From positions 1,500,646 to 1,564,645 of the forward strand of contig NW_027192192.1 in assembly GCF_041956535.1 (NCBI RefSeq): a stretch of 64,000 nucleotides of DNA. Direction: 5' to 3'. Under the pieces are notes generated by a model that was given only the letters and a program-made list of their open reading frames with translations, did no database searches and had not been told where the DNA came from. Position 1 is the first letter of the stretch; each line of letters starts with the position of its first letter. This document shows, piece by piece, positions 1 to 13,937 of the stretch. The position numbers were made by a program, and so were the translations under genes. This DNA comes from Calcarisporiella thermophila CBS 279.70 (taxonomy: Eukaryota > Fungi > Calcarisporiellomycota).

Positions 1-2
1 AG

Positions 3-656
3 GTGCGGATGGTACAGTGCGACTATTTGATATTCGGTCAGTGTTGCTTCCGGGCCATGCCTTAAATATTCACTCGTCATCCTTTAGTAAGGATACTAAC
101 TAAATCCATTCTAGTTCCCTCGAGAACTCTTCCATCTTGTATGGCAATCCACCGCCGGACCATTCTACACTTCAATCCGGGGGAAGTAACACCAGTGCTA
201 TACCCACTGCGTCACTTCTTCGCCTCGCCATCAATCGCCATGATTCAAATCTCCTGGCCACATTCCATGTAACCTCGCGCTCCATCCTCATTCTCGATAT
301 TCGTATGGGGAAAGTGCTTGCCGAGCTGCAAGGACATGGAGCACCTGTCAATTGCGTGAGCTGGGCACCTCATTTACGGCAGCTACTAGTATCTGGCGGT
401 AACGTGCACCACTAAGCATTATTTTTCTTCTACCCATTCACTCCTTAATCAAATCAATATAGGAGACGATTCACAAGTCCTCGTCTGGGACATCCACGAC
501 CAAACTCCAGCTCCTAATGCACCAAGTGTCAAGCTCTACCATCCAATACTTGCGTACACGGCGGACGCGGAAGTCAGCCAATTGTGTTGGAGCGTGGCCA
601 TTCCAGACTGGATCGTGGTCGGCTTCGGTAGAAGTATGCAGGCCCTAAAAATTTAG
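3..656 (+). CDS. DCAF7: WD40-repeat protein, DCAF7/WDR68/TTG1-like (3' part; gene starts before window)
   Basis: Spliced reading GADGTVRLFDIR|SLENSSILY...LRLAIN...LQGHGAPVNCVSWAPH...VSG|GDDSQVLVWDI...WSVAIPDW. GT-AG introns at 37-114 (TACTAAC branch site) and 399-462; stop TAG 654-656. Confidence 0.85.
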
Positions 657-1435
657 AAAACGTAGAAATTCGGATAAGCTCAGCCCTACACCGCTTGCAC
701 CCTATTCTTCGACCGATTTCTATTTTTTTTTAAATTAAAAACTTATGTATTTATGTCTGTCTTTACTCCTTTTTTTTTCTCGCAGAACATATATTTGTTT
801 TTCTCTATTTCCTTCCATTTTATTTGCCATTGTTTGTTTCTCCCTACTCTAGCCACTTGCAATTGAATGTTAGCTCAAGACTCTTTATACACGCCATTGG
901 GCTAGATTGCCCGTAGACCCACAAACGTTCCTTTGGAAACATAAATACTTGTGGGGCCATCTGCATCCAGTACGAATTCTTACGATTGCATCTCTTCTGT
1001 AGGAGAGATAGACAGAAAACTAAAAAATCTTCGAGGCCTTGGTCTGAGATGCAGACGATGTCAAGCCAAACTTAGGATAGATAGGCGAGGTTGGTCTATA
1101 ACGATCACTGCTCAGGACAGGAGAGAGGCAGGTAATAAATGGGGAACAGCTATGCGACACATCACAGTTTAGCAAAGAAAAAAGGGGCACAGCAAGGCAT
1201 CGACTTGTTTTTTCCAGCTCAACTCAACTTCTTTTTCTTTGTTTTCCTCAATGCATATTTCAACGATAAAGAAAAATTCGTTAACAAGAACAGAAAAGAC
1301 AAAAAGGGACACCTAATATACCATACATTTCAAAGAGAAAAGGAGACTAAAAGATCATAACAAAAGTGACTTGATGGGCTATATCAACTTACTTCAGAAC
1401 AGAATAGATTCATACAATAATAAATGAACTGGAGT

Positions 1436-2494
1436 TTAGGCTGCGATCTCCTGTTCGCCAGCGTGCTCACTCTCGCTGCCGGTCTTTTCATCGGCAGCGA
1501 AGTCCGATCGTGCAATCTTGATCATCAACTCGCGACCCTCAACACTGGTACCGCGAAGGTTGTCGAGGGCACGCTTCTGCTCCTCCTCCGAAGCAAGCTG
1601 CACAAAGCCAAAGCCTTTGCTGCGTCCAGTGGTGCGGCGGTGCACAACGCGAGCAGACGTGACGGAGTAGTCATTGAAGATGTTGCGTAGGCCGTCGTCG
1701 TCAAGGGAGAATGGAAGATTGCCGACAAAGAGCGTGGTCTTTGAGGGCTCATGCTCGGACTCGTCAATGCGGGCGGGGCGTGCACTGCCGCGACCACGTC
1801 CACGGCCACGACCACGGAACCGACGGCCACGTCCGCGATGCGTTGCTGGGAATTCCTCATCCGCACCCTCCTCTGCCGGTTGCTCATCTGAGTTGCCGTT
1901 GGGGGTGGTCTCATTCGCTGCCGCGTTGGCGGGGGGTCCACTCTTGCTCCTTGAGAAGCGTCGCGGGCCAGTCCAGCTTCCACCGCGTCCACTGCGACCG
2001 CCACGTCCGCGTCCGCGACCGCGACCACCAAATCGACCTCCACGTCCACGGCGAGGGCCTTCGTTGGGGGTGACACCCTCGGGCTTAGGACGGGCGATTT
2101 CGACATTAATCTCGCGACTATCGAGCTCCTTCTTGTTAAGGTCATTCACCGCCTTCTCAGCCTCCTCATAGGTATCGAAGGCGACGAAGCCGTAGCCCAA
2201 CGAGCGGCTTCCACGGGAGATAACAGTAGCCTGGAGACTAGGTTGAGAAATAAGCATTAATCATAAGATGACATGAAAGCCTGGATCGGAAAATGAGGGG
2301 AGAATATTAATAATGAAGATGAAAACCTACACTTTGCCAGCTGAAGAGAAAAACTTGGCCAACTCCTCCTCAGTTGTCTGGAACGAAAGATTACCGACGA
2401 AAACCTTGTGACCAATGTCATCTTCCAAGGGATTCTCCACGTCATTCGCGACCGGCGAGACTTGTTCCTGAGCTTTGGCTTCGTGTTCCGTCAT
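1436..2494 (-). CDS. Two-RRM RNA-binding protein with RGG-rich linker (Sbp1-like architecture)
   Basis: ATG 2494. RRM1 KVFVGNLSF...GYGFVAF is split by intron 2238-2330; RGRGG repeats follow; RRM2 TLFVGNLPF...KGFGFV. Probable 5'UTR intron ~2528-2722. Confidence 0.9.
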
Positions 2495-3113
2495 GATGGT
2501 CGACGTTTAAAAAATGGACAGATGGGCCTTAATCAATGAGATTATAGAAAAAAATAAAAACATTGATTAGCATCAGAAAATAAAATCGACGCGTTATAAT
2601 AAAATAAAAAAAGATGATGATGATCGTGGAGATCCCAAAAAAGAGGGTGGTCATGCACATCATCTCTAGCCGAGATGAGAAGATAAAATAGCAAAAAAAG
2701 GATGGATGGATGTATACTTACTGTGTTTCTTGGTGGACAGAAAATGGATACTAGGGTGTTGCAAAGAGAAAGCGCTACTCGCTTGATTTGAATGGATAAT
2801 GCGTTGGATTGGAGTTAAAAAAAAAAGGGGGGGGAAGAGGGGAAGAGATGGCAGGGAAAATTACAACTCAGAATCACGTGTTCACTTTCAACTCTATTCC
2901 ACTTTTACAGAAAAGCTCCTGCGTTTCAGCCGAGTTTCTAACCAAAAGTTTCTTTCCACCCAGCGGCTAGAAAGCGAAGATTTTCAAGATTCCAACTCAA
3001 AAGTAAATTAGCAATGGGCTTAAAAAATAGCGTTATATTGAGTCAAGTCACGAGTTCCTCTATTAGTACTCTAGGTACATTAAATAAATAAATAGGCCAT
3101 TGGAGCAGTATTT

Positions 3114-4739
3114 CTATTCATCTCTAGCTTCACATTCCTTTGCCCAGTTCTTTGGTATCTGGCTTTCAACCGCTCGTTTAAACGCACTCAATGTGCATAG
3201 CGATGTATCGCCATTTGGATGATGCTGACCTCCATTCTTGCACTCCGGTACCTGTACAACCTGGTCGTTGTAACGCACGCGCACATAGTATTGATCTTCT
3301 TCCTTCGACCATAAGCCTCGCCACCAGCTATCAGTCGGCCGCGGTTGGGCACGGAAGAGCTCAATAAGAATGACACTATTAAACGGAGGAAATTTATTAT
3401 CGAAGCCGCCAAGCGTAGTCAAGAGTGGGCCGACGGTTCTAAATGTTTTTGTTTTGTATTAACAGATGAAAAGAAAGAAAAAGTTGAAGGGTGAAGGAGA
3501 AGGCGCGAGATAGAGAGGAGAAAAAGATAAAGAAATATTAGCCTATTATCATCAATTCAGAATAAAAGGCTGTGTTTACGTGTCATGCCCGGAATAGATT
3601 GCTAGCTTCAATTTCTTCGTGCTTTCGTCGTCTCTAACTTTGTCCTCGATTCTACCAGTAATTTCTCCAAGAAGACGGCCAATCCCTAGGCGCCGCATTT
3701 CCTGGCTCTGGGTAAAGCCATAGAACCACTCAATCGTGTTTACGATATGCAAATCCTCTATAACATCTTCGAGCTCTTGAGGAATTGGAATACCGTTTGC
3801 TTTGGCTGCAACAGCGCTGTCCAAGAGTCCGGATGCAGAAGGATGACTGTCAAGTCGTATCTCCCCTAAGCCCAGTCCACTCAATTTCTTACTCACTTCC
3901 TGTAATCGTTTTTCCGTTATCTCCACCGCCGCTCGGTAGAATTGTTCCGTCAAATCTTTGAGTCGAGCACAGTTTCTGTTAATGTAGAGATTCTCATCGA
4001 ATGCATTTCGCGTATACACTTCAAGGACGAAATCTTTTGGACGCGTGCCAGCTGGATACAATCCATCGGCCAGATGCTGCACACTCTCTAGGGTCCGCAC
4101 GAAATCAGTGCTACGGATAAAGAGGGTTTCTGGCCCATCGAGGGACGTATCTAAAAATTTCAACCTACAAAATAAAAGTTGGAGCATAGACAACATCGGG
4201 AAGTAGAGGCTATGTTTAACTTGTCCACGTAAATCTCGCGGAGCCTTGTGCCAAGCTTTGTCATCGATGAGCGTCCTATGTCGGTGAGCTGTCCAAGAAA
4301 GCTATTTATACATAGTTATTGAACCAAGCCTATAATACATTAAAACACTACATATAGACTCACCAATCGCCATCTTTCATTCGTCTTCCGTCAGGACCTA
4401 GCACCATCCTTTTATAGCTAAAAGATTCTAAGCCCATTTTGTTGCTTGAAGAATCGCTCAAATGTTCTGTACGAATGACATCGCGCTGAATAATCGCTTG
4501 GAATTCTTTTGCAGCATGGCATAGATTCCAAACAGGAGTAATCTTGTCTTCCAGGCGTTTTCTAACAGGAGTTCTCTCACCTAAACCAAAGAACTATGAG
4601 TCAGAATGATTTGTGCAGCAATTTCAAGGAAAGTACCGTGGCGATGCACAATCTGCAAAAAGACAAGTTGTAAATCGGGCGGATACAAGGCCTTGATCGA
4701 ATCCTCATCTGCTGGAGGGAATGGTGCGGTAAATTTCAT
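3114..4739 (-). CDS. Histidine acid phosphatase (ACP6/lysophosphatidic acid phosphatase-like), multi-exon
   Basis: ATG 4739. VHRHG|ERTP (RHGxRxP motif) spans an intron; RST..RT..S and YSGHDT (HD motif) present; C-terminal YVRVRYN...C...C. Confidence 0.88.
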
Positions 4740-5464
4740 TGCTTACAATTTCAAATATCGTTTCCTCGAAACAAAAAAACTCCACAGCAGATTAAGCACA
4801 GATATTCTCTGTGACTTGCGGCTGACAATCGAGAAATTCACATCTCTCAGTAGAATTCATCATATCTTTAAATATCTATAGTACCCGAGAGTGTTGTCCA
4901 CTTGAGCTAATATCTGTTGCTCTTTCTTGAAGTTGAACAGAGCTAAAACATATCCATAGCAGTTGAGATAAATGTAAAAGACCCATTGTACATTTAGATC
5001 AAGTCTTTAATAGATATGCCATATCCATGAACTTACTAGACTCGTATATATATATATATTTGTAGATGGTACTCAGTCACGGTATGTGCTAAAGGGCCAA
5101 GCTTCTCCGATACTGCGCAGATTGAAAGATATTGGAACGAATATATATGAAAAAACATAATTGTTGGTTCCTTTTAGTATTAGATATACACAATATTGGT
5201 TACGTGATTATACTTACGTTCAATCCGCAAAAGAAAAAATCAAATACTAAAGAATTATTGTGGAATTAAGCGTTATTTTCTCTCATTTCAAATTTTCGGC
5301 TAGAAATCTGTTTAACTATCGCATAGTGTGGTTTGACAGCAATACGAGATCTTAGTTGAGCAGGTCGCTGATCCAATTCTGATTCACTGTAAATGCTGCA
5401 AAAATTTAATTTTAAGAGAGTAATTAATTTGGAAATAGACATTGACTCTTAAGAAAATTTAACT

Positions 5465-8363
5465 ATGCCCCCAAAGAGAGCTCGTTCATTAGAAAAGGAA
5501 AAAGGTATATAATGTTGTGATGCTTTTGATTTTGAATAAATCATATGCATTTCATTTTTAGAGGGAAGTACGACCGCAATTACTCAAAAACAGAAAAGAG
5601 GGAAGAAGCCAGGTCCTGAACAAGGTGATGAATCTATGCTATCACCTGGTGAATGTTCTGCCCAATTACCACAGGAGGAACAGTCTTATTTTGGCTCGGC
5701 AGTATCACTTATTCCTTCTTCAATAATGACACCGACTCGACCTCAAAATCAAACATTTTGTCTCCCTGAGTTGGATGAAAGATATTACTCAGATATAAAT
5801 GTTTTAGCACGTAATTATTATTTATATTGCCAATAGGTTCTTTTTTTTTAAAATAGTTCCATGTCCATAACATATAGCACCTTTCAATGATGGAAAACTC
5901 TGGCAAGACTATATTCGGCACATCACCGGGTGGCATTATCCTCATACACGCAAAACTACCAAGGACAAACTTGAACAACAGTAAGAAAAGATTCAGCAAC
6001 TAATGCATATACCGTTGATTTTTTAAACATTCCACTAGATATTTCAAGGCAACTTTGACAATGGCAGCAGAAAACATTTTCCGTCACAGTTTTTTAGTAC
6101 ATTGGCCTTCGGATTGTATTCGTGATTCCAACCTGAGGACAGCTGTGGAGGGTTTCTTCACACAAAATTCTAGTCAACTTTCTTTTACAAAAGATTCCAA
6201 AATTCTCGGTCTCGATTGTCGATACATATTTCAATGGCTCATATGGGGCAAAGAAAAGGAAGAAATATTGGTCGCTTTTGAAGAATATTTTCAGGTAGAT
6301 TTCACAAAATTAACCCCAGCTTACTAGATCGTTTACAGTTTATATAACTTCCATTCCATTTTTAGGATCTCCCGGACAAGGAAAGACATGAAGCACTCAA
6401 TATCCAAAATACAGACCCTATAGCAACTGCAGAAAATTGGAGACAGTGCATACAAACACACAATCGCCCTACCGAATTTGTTTCTCCGCTTTTAGTTTCA
6501 GTGGGAATCAAAGCACTTGCAAGAAATAGAGCAACTGTAGAGCAGGATTTCGGAGGATTAGTTCTTGAACCTCTCATAGGAGCACCGCTTCATGAAGCAA
6601 ATATCCCAAATTTTTTTTCACAGAGAGAATTCAGATTTCCAGTGATTGAAGATTGGGCTCCTATAATAGACTTTGCCTGTGGGGTGCAAATGGAATACTA
6701 TAATATTCCAGTATTGATCGTAGAAGTTGAGACGTCGAAAGAATATTCGGCTTCTGCTCACAAAAACACTCGAAAAATGGCAAAGTTGCTGCGTCACTCG
6801 CTAGAGAAGATGGCAACGAGAGTCCCTGATGGTGCTATCGAAGAACTCAGAGCATATGGTCTACTTCTCTCCACGAATGGTGGATATGAATTTGTTGGGA
6901 TGAAACCATTACAAGAGCGCCAGGGAATGAATGGGTCGCATTTTAACTTCTGTCTCTTCGAGCAGCTACTAGAGGGTAGTCTAGCCAGCTATATACATTC
7001 AGCCAACATAGATCATATTATCAAGATCAGTAGCTTCCTTCTTGGACCTGTCAGAGAAGCAATGGTCACGGTCCAAAAGCTTATGCATAAACGAGGTCCA
7101 ATAACTATGGGTACTCAAAGATTTATATTTGCATTTTTTACTGGACACATTAGCTTACGACTTAACTTGTGATTATTTGGTACCAGATCGCTTTCCTCCT
7201 CCTCAAATGCAGTTGGAATCCCGTCCTGGAGGTTCGAAATTTACCCCATCGAAGAAAGGAAAAGATACAAGAGGTGGTAAAAGAATTGAGGAAGCAGAAA
7301 CTTGTGGCAGCGGAAGTGAAAAACAGTCTATAACTGATATATCTATATCTATGTTATCTCTTTTACAAAAATGTGGTTACCACCATATCGATACTATACA
7401 CAAGGTAAGATTTAGCTTTTTTTATTTTGTGGTTACCTAAGATAAATCATAATAACCAAATATCTATTTCACTAAAAGAGTGATCATACACGCGTGTTCC
7501 ATGTAGTCCATAGAGAAAAGTCATTCGCATTTGTAGTTAAGCTTGGAAAAGGTCAAGAAATTTCCTTACTTCAAAAGCTCCAGGTACTTAATTTTTATTG
7601 TTCCAGCTCTTCGCATCGCTACACTGACTTGCTTTTTAGGACCTACCAAATATTGTGCGGCTTTACAATACTTTATTGCTTAATGATTGCTATGGCATGA
7701 TCTTAGATAAAGTGGAGATTTACGGCAGAGATTTTCTTGAGGTACTGGTTTTACCGGTTTTTACTTTTTATCCTGCTTTTAATCTTTTTTTATTCTCTTT
7801 GTTCAAGCTTACTGGAGAAAGATTTACGAAAGCTTTATTTTCTGCACTGAATTCCCTACACACTCGCGGTATTATTCATCATGATATTAAACCAAACAAT
7901 ATCGGATATAGTAAAGAGCAGAAGCGGTATTTTAACAGTTTTTTCAACACAATTATTTTATCCTAATTGCTTTATTTATCTTCTTCGATAGCTGGGCTTT
8001 ACTTGATTTCAATCTTGCTGAGGAAATCCATGATAAGCAAACACAAAGTGGTGCTGGAACCGAGACTTTTATTGCACCCGAAGTTGAACGACACGAGCCT
8101 CATGGGTTCCCAGCTGATATATATAGTGCTGGCAGAACTCTTCAAGAATTAAATCTACTTTCGAAACTGAGTGAGTATTTTTTTTCAATATTCTATATGT
8201 TTTCCATTAAACAGATTTGATTTTTCTAGGTGAAATTGGAAAGCGCATGCTCAGTGATGACCCTAAAATACGTCCCACAGCATCTGAAGTGCTAGAGTAT
8301 TTAGAAATGGAAAAGCAAGCTCGGCGACTACCTACTCCAGAAGATCAAATAGTAGCGAATTAA
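5465..8363 (+). CDS. About 10-exon protein with a central PD-(D/E)XK/REase-like region and a C-terminal Ser/Thr kinase domain (Crinkler-like architecture)
   Basis: Splices without stops from ATG 5465 (MPPKRAR) to TAA 8363. Central IIDFACG...LIVEVE...HKNTRKMAKLL. Kinase motifs VVK, HHDIKPNN, DFN, GTETFIAPE, DIYSAG, RPTA; no GxGxxG loop. Confidence 0.75.
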
Positions 8364-9231
8364 AATTCGAATGCTATATATGCTTCCTGTAACTGATTTC
8401 GATTTTCAATGATTTACTCAACCTATACTCTCCATTATACCTTTAAAGTTGCTTCATTTTGCTTCATGCTCTGTACAGCAAACTAACTTTCATATTTTTT
8501 ATGCTTGATATCGTGCAACACAACACATCAAATTGCTTATTATACTTGTGTTCAACTTCTCTAAATTTATAGCAAATGTCAATAGCGTTGAATATCAAGC
8601 CAATAAAGTATTATGCGAAATATACGATTCCCTTGGAGCAAGAAACAAAGGAAAATGAAACCAGTTGATATAATAAACGCTTTATCCATTAAATCATGCT
8701 TCGCATAAAATCTAAAAATATTAAAAAACATATTCGAAGCCAAATTAAAAATTACTGTAAGCTATGAAATCTGAGGGAGATGTAATATTGGGCTTTGAAT
8801 AATTCCTTTAAAGCCTAACTTTCCAGTAGATAGAATAATATGCAAGCGGCTCTATTAATAAACGGTAGTGGAGCTACGCTTATATGTTGATTCAACCGTT
8901 ATCTCAGTTATTGTAAAAGTTTAGGGAGTTATTAAATGGAACTACTCGATTTATTCAGAGTAGGATCGTTCTCCGAATTATAGCAACCCCTCTCTAATGA
9001 GCTTACGTAGATTTAATGAAGTAAAATTGTCTTGCTTTTGACATTGTAAAGTTATCGTTGGAAAATCTGTTTAATGAAAATGAAAAATATAGTGTGCGGT
9101 GGTGTATTCCCCGTGTTCACTGTTGACAAATACCAAGTAGTAAAAAAAAAGAAAAAAATTCGCAGGGAGAAAAGAGGTGAAGAATAGAATCCTCTACAAA
9201 TACTAATGCAGTATGAAGCGAATAATGGAGT

Positions 9232-10557
9232 CTATTTGTCAAACAAATAGAAAAACGAGGGCGGATCATTATAGATGAGATAATTCTTCGTGCTCTTTGG
9301 AACATCCTTTAGCGCGTTTTTGGTGGCCAACTCTGTCAAATGATCCTTCATTTGCTTGGGCGTGATGGTTTCACCCTCAGGTATTTGAGACAGGAAGTAG
9401 GCGACAATTCCCGCCACATGAGGGCTAGCCATGGATGTCCCAGAGATAGTGTTGGTAGCTACAGGCGATCCAATCCAAGTGGACGTGATATCTTGGCCGG
9501 GCGCAAATACGTCGACACATTCACCGTAGTTGCTGAACCAAGAGCGCTCATCCATGACATTCGTTGCACCCACGGTAATAGCGTTTTCGGAGGCCGCTGG
9601 TGAATAATCTTTGCAGTTCGCATTGTCATTTCCTGCAGCAACGGCAAAATGCACTCCAGAGTCCACTGCAGCATCTACAGCCCTGTCAAGTGTTCTAGAC
9701 CTGCCCCCTCCAAGAGACATGTTAGCGACCGACCCGCGGTGTCGAGTGCCGTTGCGTTGCGCCTCTGCAACCGCAATTTGATGGGACTCTTGAGCCCACA
9801 ATACACCAGCAATCACATCGCTCATCGTTCCAGAGCCATTGGATCGCAATACTTTAACAGCGACAACGTTGGCACGTTTAGCAACCCCATACCGCTTGCC
9901 AGCAATGGTACCCGCAACGTGCGTACCGTGACCATTGCGATCCTCATCTTCGTCACCATCAGGAATAGTAGTGCCCCAACGCGCACGGCCTTCAAAATCT
10001 ACATGATTCACATTAACACCAGTGTCGATTACGTAAACCGTTACCCCATCACCGGCAGCTTTTTCGTTATACAAGTATTTGTTGAAAGTGGTCAAATTAA
10101 GCTTTTCACGGTGAGAAATACGCGATAAACCCCAAGGAGCATTGCGCTGAAGCTCGTTAGTATACACCATAGAATCTCTTTCCACATACTCAACGTCCTC
10201 ACTTCTCCTAATCTTTTCCAGAGTGTCCTTGGAAAATTGGCCCGCATAACCTTTAAGGTTCTTGAAACTGTAGGTGTGTCTGATTCCCGAAGCGATACCT
10301 TGATCAGCCAATGCTTTCGTTAGAGGATCATCGTCATGGATTGATCGAATCCAGTTGTGGTGAGCGGTGATACGGTAATTGTCTACTTTATCTTTGAAGA
10401 CTACAATGTACGAATCTGCAACAGGTTCAGAGGCTTCAGAGGAGAGCAGAGGGGCAACAGGCGAGCTAAGCTCAGGGATCGTGAAAATGGGCCATGCGGT
10501 CGCGAGTCCAGTAGCCAGGATAAACACAAAGGTAGAGATAAGAGGGTTAGAACGCAT
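9232..10557 (-). CDS. PRB1: Subtilisin-like S8 serine protease (vacuolar protease B/cerevisin-like), intronless
   Basis: Signal peptide, I9 propeptide (YIVVFK), catalytic triad motifs IDTG, HGTHVAG and GTSMASPH. Confidence 0.93.
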   Translation of the reverse strand: MRSNPLISTFVFILATGLATAWPIFTIPELSSPVAPLLSSEASEPVADSYIVVFKDKVDNYRITAHHNWIRSIHDDDPLTKALADQGIASGIRHTYSFKNLKGYAGQFSKDTLEKIRRSEDVEYVERDSMVYTNELQRNAPWGLSRISHREKLNLTTFNKYLYNEKAAGDGVTVYVIDTGVNVNHVDFEGRARWGTTIPDGDEDEDRNGHGTHVAGTIAGKRYGVAKRANVVAVKVLRSNGSGTMSDVIAGVLWAQESHQIAVAEAQRNGTRHRGSVANMSLGGGRSRTLDRAVDAAVDSGVHFAVAAGNDNANCKDYSPAASENAITVGATNVMDERSWFSNYGECVDVFAPGQDITSTWIGSPVATNTISGTSMASPHVAGIVAYFLSQIPEGETITPKQMKDHLTELATKNALKDVPKSTKNYLIYNDPPSFFYLFDK

Positions 10558-12560
10558 ACTGTTAAAGCAGCAAAGAGGGAAAAGCCAAGAATAATCTCAG
10601 AAAATGAATAAGTCGTAAATTGCACACAAATATATATATATCTGTTCTATATGTACACAAACTAAAAAAAAAGCTACAGAAATACAATAATAAAAGGGCT
10701 TGAAAAGACGCAGAGAGTTGAAAAGTGATATAAGAAATAGGGGAAGATCCAAGTTTTCTATCAAAAGAGCAGAGGATTGCGATTTTATACTCGGCAAGCG
10801 GAATGATGAAACAATTTGAGGATAAAACGCCCGATAGATTCGAGGTCATCTGACTAGGTTAGGTTAGAGTATCGAATTGCGTGTTGCGCAATGTGGAAAA
10901 ATAAATTGTTTGAAAGTGGAGTTTAATGTTGAGGCCCATATCAATAGCGGCAGGATATTTCGTGCAAGAATTTTAACAAAAGGGCCCAGTACTGTCGAAA
11001 TAAGTAATGAACTATAACAAGAACTTCGAGCTACTTATTTCAAGCTTGCTCTCGCGTAGGTAGCTCAGATGATATCTGAACATTAATCATAATGAATTCT
11101 ATAAGGTATCAGGGACCGTTTGCCACATCTATGCTAAAAATTTTAAGATTATACTTATTAATCGAGGAACTAACTAGAGCAAATTATCAACTGGTCATAT
11201 CTCATCATTAACAAATGAAGCTTTCCAATTTATTAGCGATTGAATCATAATTATTCGTGCGGGAAAACAAAAAGAATATTGCGAAATCCATATTTAGAAT
11301 ATTGAGATTGCGAAATAATCTTGGTAAATTCTTACTCTACCACGAGCCATTCGAGTGAAGTGTGCGGAGATATAGCTAGACTATAGACTGATCCAGGCTA
11401 GTCAACTAACTTATTTAAAAAGTTAGCAAGAAAAGAGAGTTCGGAAGCTTGTAGCTTGGAGGAAGAGTATACGAAATACGAGAACTATTCGATAACTGAA
11501 CAGAGCCCTGACCAATTCTAGGCTTACCCCTTTTTTATACCCTTGAACAAGTAAGCCATTGCATTAAACCCCTCTTATATTTGCAAGAGGAGAACTTGCA
11601 CTTAAGAATAAGAAGAAATTATCACCCCATGTCTCGTGGCTGAGTTAGATTCATCAAGTTATATTAAATTGGCCTATTATTCAACAATCACATCCATATT
11701 ATCAAATATTATTCCCTACTATAAGTTTCAAACGGTGAAGTGGCGTATACAGCAACGGAAATTTATTATGAAACTCGTGCTGACTGAAATTATAAGAAAA
11801 GAAATTTCTCTTATATTATTCCATTACAAAGGAACTAAAGTTGTAAACAATTGTGATATATTCAGCTCGTCGAAGTGGCGTACATGATACATCTTTAAGC
11901 AAATTGTTATATTATCCATCTAGCTGATTTAAAAAAGATGCACTTGTTGGCTAAAATAAAAACAAATGTAACTATGGACGTATTTGAATGCTGGATTGTT
12001 ACTATGTTAAAATTAATTCAAAGTGAGCTATGCTAAATATTTAATGTCAATATAATCTAATACTTAACATGGAAATAGGTGGTATTCTACAAGCACCAAC
12101 GCTCTCAATTAATCACTCGTGTTAGCTTGCTATTATTTATGCACCCAGAAGAGTGAACTATTAATGAAGTTAAGAATGCATTCGAATAGGAGAAAAAGAT
12201 ACTAAGGGCGACGGTTCAATAAGAGAGAAGATTTATTTGAGGAAAATATAACTCTATGTATGAGGATATGACATACATTAGAAGAATACTCTTGGATAAT
12301 ATTTTTAGTTGTACTTTTTAGGCTGAATTTTATAAATGTCATAGATACAAATGAAATAGTTGCCCTCAAGTGAAAGTTTCAATTTATTACGAACTTTTTA
12401 AAGTGCACTATCCAACAAATTTAAGATTTGTTAGCCTTACTTTGTTATCCAAGTAACTGACTGCGCCACAACACCTATCCCCCCTTGTCGAAATTCCAAG
12501 TGAAAACACACTTCGACGTCCTTTGACCTATACTGGATTCAAAAAAAACCCGCTAGGAAA

Positions 12561-13218
12561 ATGTCCTCCATCGCGCTGCGTGCACTGCGTTTTGCACCCA
12601 TTTCAGTAAGTGTTTTTGTTTGTACTTTTGGATTGCTTCGAAGGTGTAATTTTGGCATCTCATCTAATTGCGAAAACATGGAATTATATTGATCTCGTAA
12701 TCTAACAGGTCAAGTATGCCATTCGCCCTGTTCCTGTGATGGCTGTGCGTGCATTCACGTCCCCCTCTTCCCCAGTACGGAAAGGTAACAATAGGCCTAA
12801 TCGGATTTTGACGTTCACCTGAAGATATACTTGATTGTTGACATTTCGATTCTATTGCAATAGATCTTGTCCAAGATATTTATATCAAGCAGATCAAATC
12901 CTACAAACCTGCTCCTGAGGTTTGTAATATTACACTTTGTCCTGCCGGTTTCTTTTTTTTTGACTTGGAAATTTGATGATAACCAATTAGGAAAAAGGTG
13001 CTGAACAAGGTCAAGTCAAAGAGCTTCATATTCCCGCTGCTCCCCAGCCTCCTCAAATTGAGAGTGATCTCACGGCCGATCTTCAGGCTTATCAACAGGA
13101 GGATCCAGTTGCAGTGACCGCGAGTGAGGAAGATCAAGCGGTTCAGGAGGATGAATATACGGATATCTTGGAGGAGGCCTTGAAGGATGAAGAAGAGGAA
13201 ACGGAAGGAGAGCATTAA
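12561..13218 (+). CDS. ATP14: Mitochondrial ATP synthase subunit h, 4 exons
   Basis: Arg/Ala-rich presequence MSSIALRALRFAP; DLVQDIYIKQIKSYKP...QVKELHIPAAPQPP; acidic tail. Not present as a single ORF in the track. Confidence 0.85.
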
Positions 13219-13550
13219 TTAGACTGTTAATTATTCTTTTATCGATTGCTTTTTCTCTTTTCGCCTTTTCTACTCTATCTCCCTCATTTTCACTTTTGGA
13301 TAAACTTGTTCGAAAAGAAAAGATAAAATATAAAATATTTTTTAAAGACTCGCTTTATCTTTTAATCCGAAGTTGAGTACACTAATTGCTCTTTATAGTG
13401 GAACGCGTATTACAACGCAGAGCCAATATGTAAACTAAATGCTGCTAATAAAAAGACTGCAGAGAAGTTTTGCTTTGGATTTTTAGGTTATATACAATTT
13501 ATTGTAATAGATAATAAAAAATAATAACAGAAATTCCAAGTTACATGGTA

Positions 13551-13937
13551 TTATACGCATGGTACATAACACATTTGGCCATTGCAATTACGACCATTCG
13601 TTTTCCATGTCCAAACGCATATGCAGACCATAATTGCTAGAAAAAGAAGAACAATTGCACCGACGACGATCTTTGACAATCCATCATCATCAAAGAAACC
13701 ACCTCCCTTCTGGGGCTGAGATGTGATGGTTGTTTGTGAAGGTACAGGAAGTACTGAAGTAGATGTTGGCGGTAAACTCGTCTGGGGATCTCTTTTGGAT
13801 AACTGTAAATGATTAGAACTAGGGGGTATATGTGTAGAGTGAGCGTGGGGGGTAGATACGACCGGCGTGATGAAAACAAATACAAGAACGATTATAGAGA
13901 GAATTAGTAAGATGGAGGGCAGGGTTGGCTTTGGCAT
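13551..13937 (-). CDS. Small single-pass membrane protein (signal peptide, Ser/Thr/Pro-rich ectodomain, KR site, TM helix, Cys-containing tail)
   Basis: 128-aa ORF with hydrophobic N-terminus, SKRD site and TM segment IVVGAIVLLFLAIMVCICVW. Confidence 0.7.
   Translation of the reverse strand: MPKPTLPSILLILSIIVLVFVFITPVVSTPHAHSTHIPPSSNHLQLSKRDPQTSLPPTSTSVLPVPSQTTITSQPQKGGGFFDDDGLSKIVVGAIVLLFLAIMVCICVWTWKTNGRNCNGQMCYVPCV

Noticed and set aside
1424-2171. Multiple overlapping and antisense ORFs over the RRM/RGG gene (also over the WNK, Nrd1/Mrn1-like and forkhead genes)
   Set aside because: Shadow ORFs caused by GC-rich, repetitive codons; no motifs.
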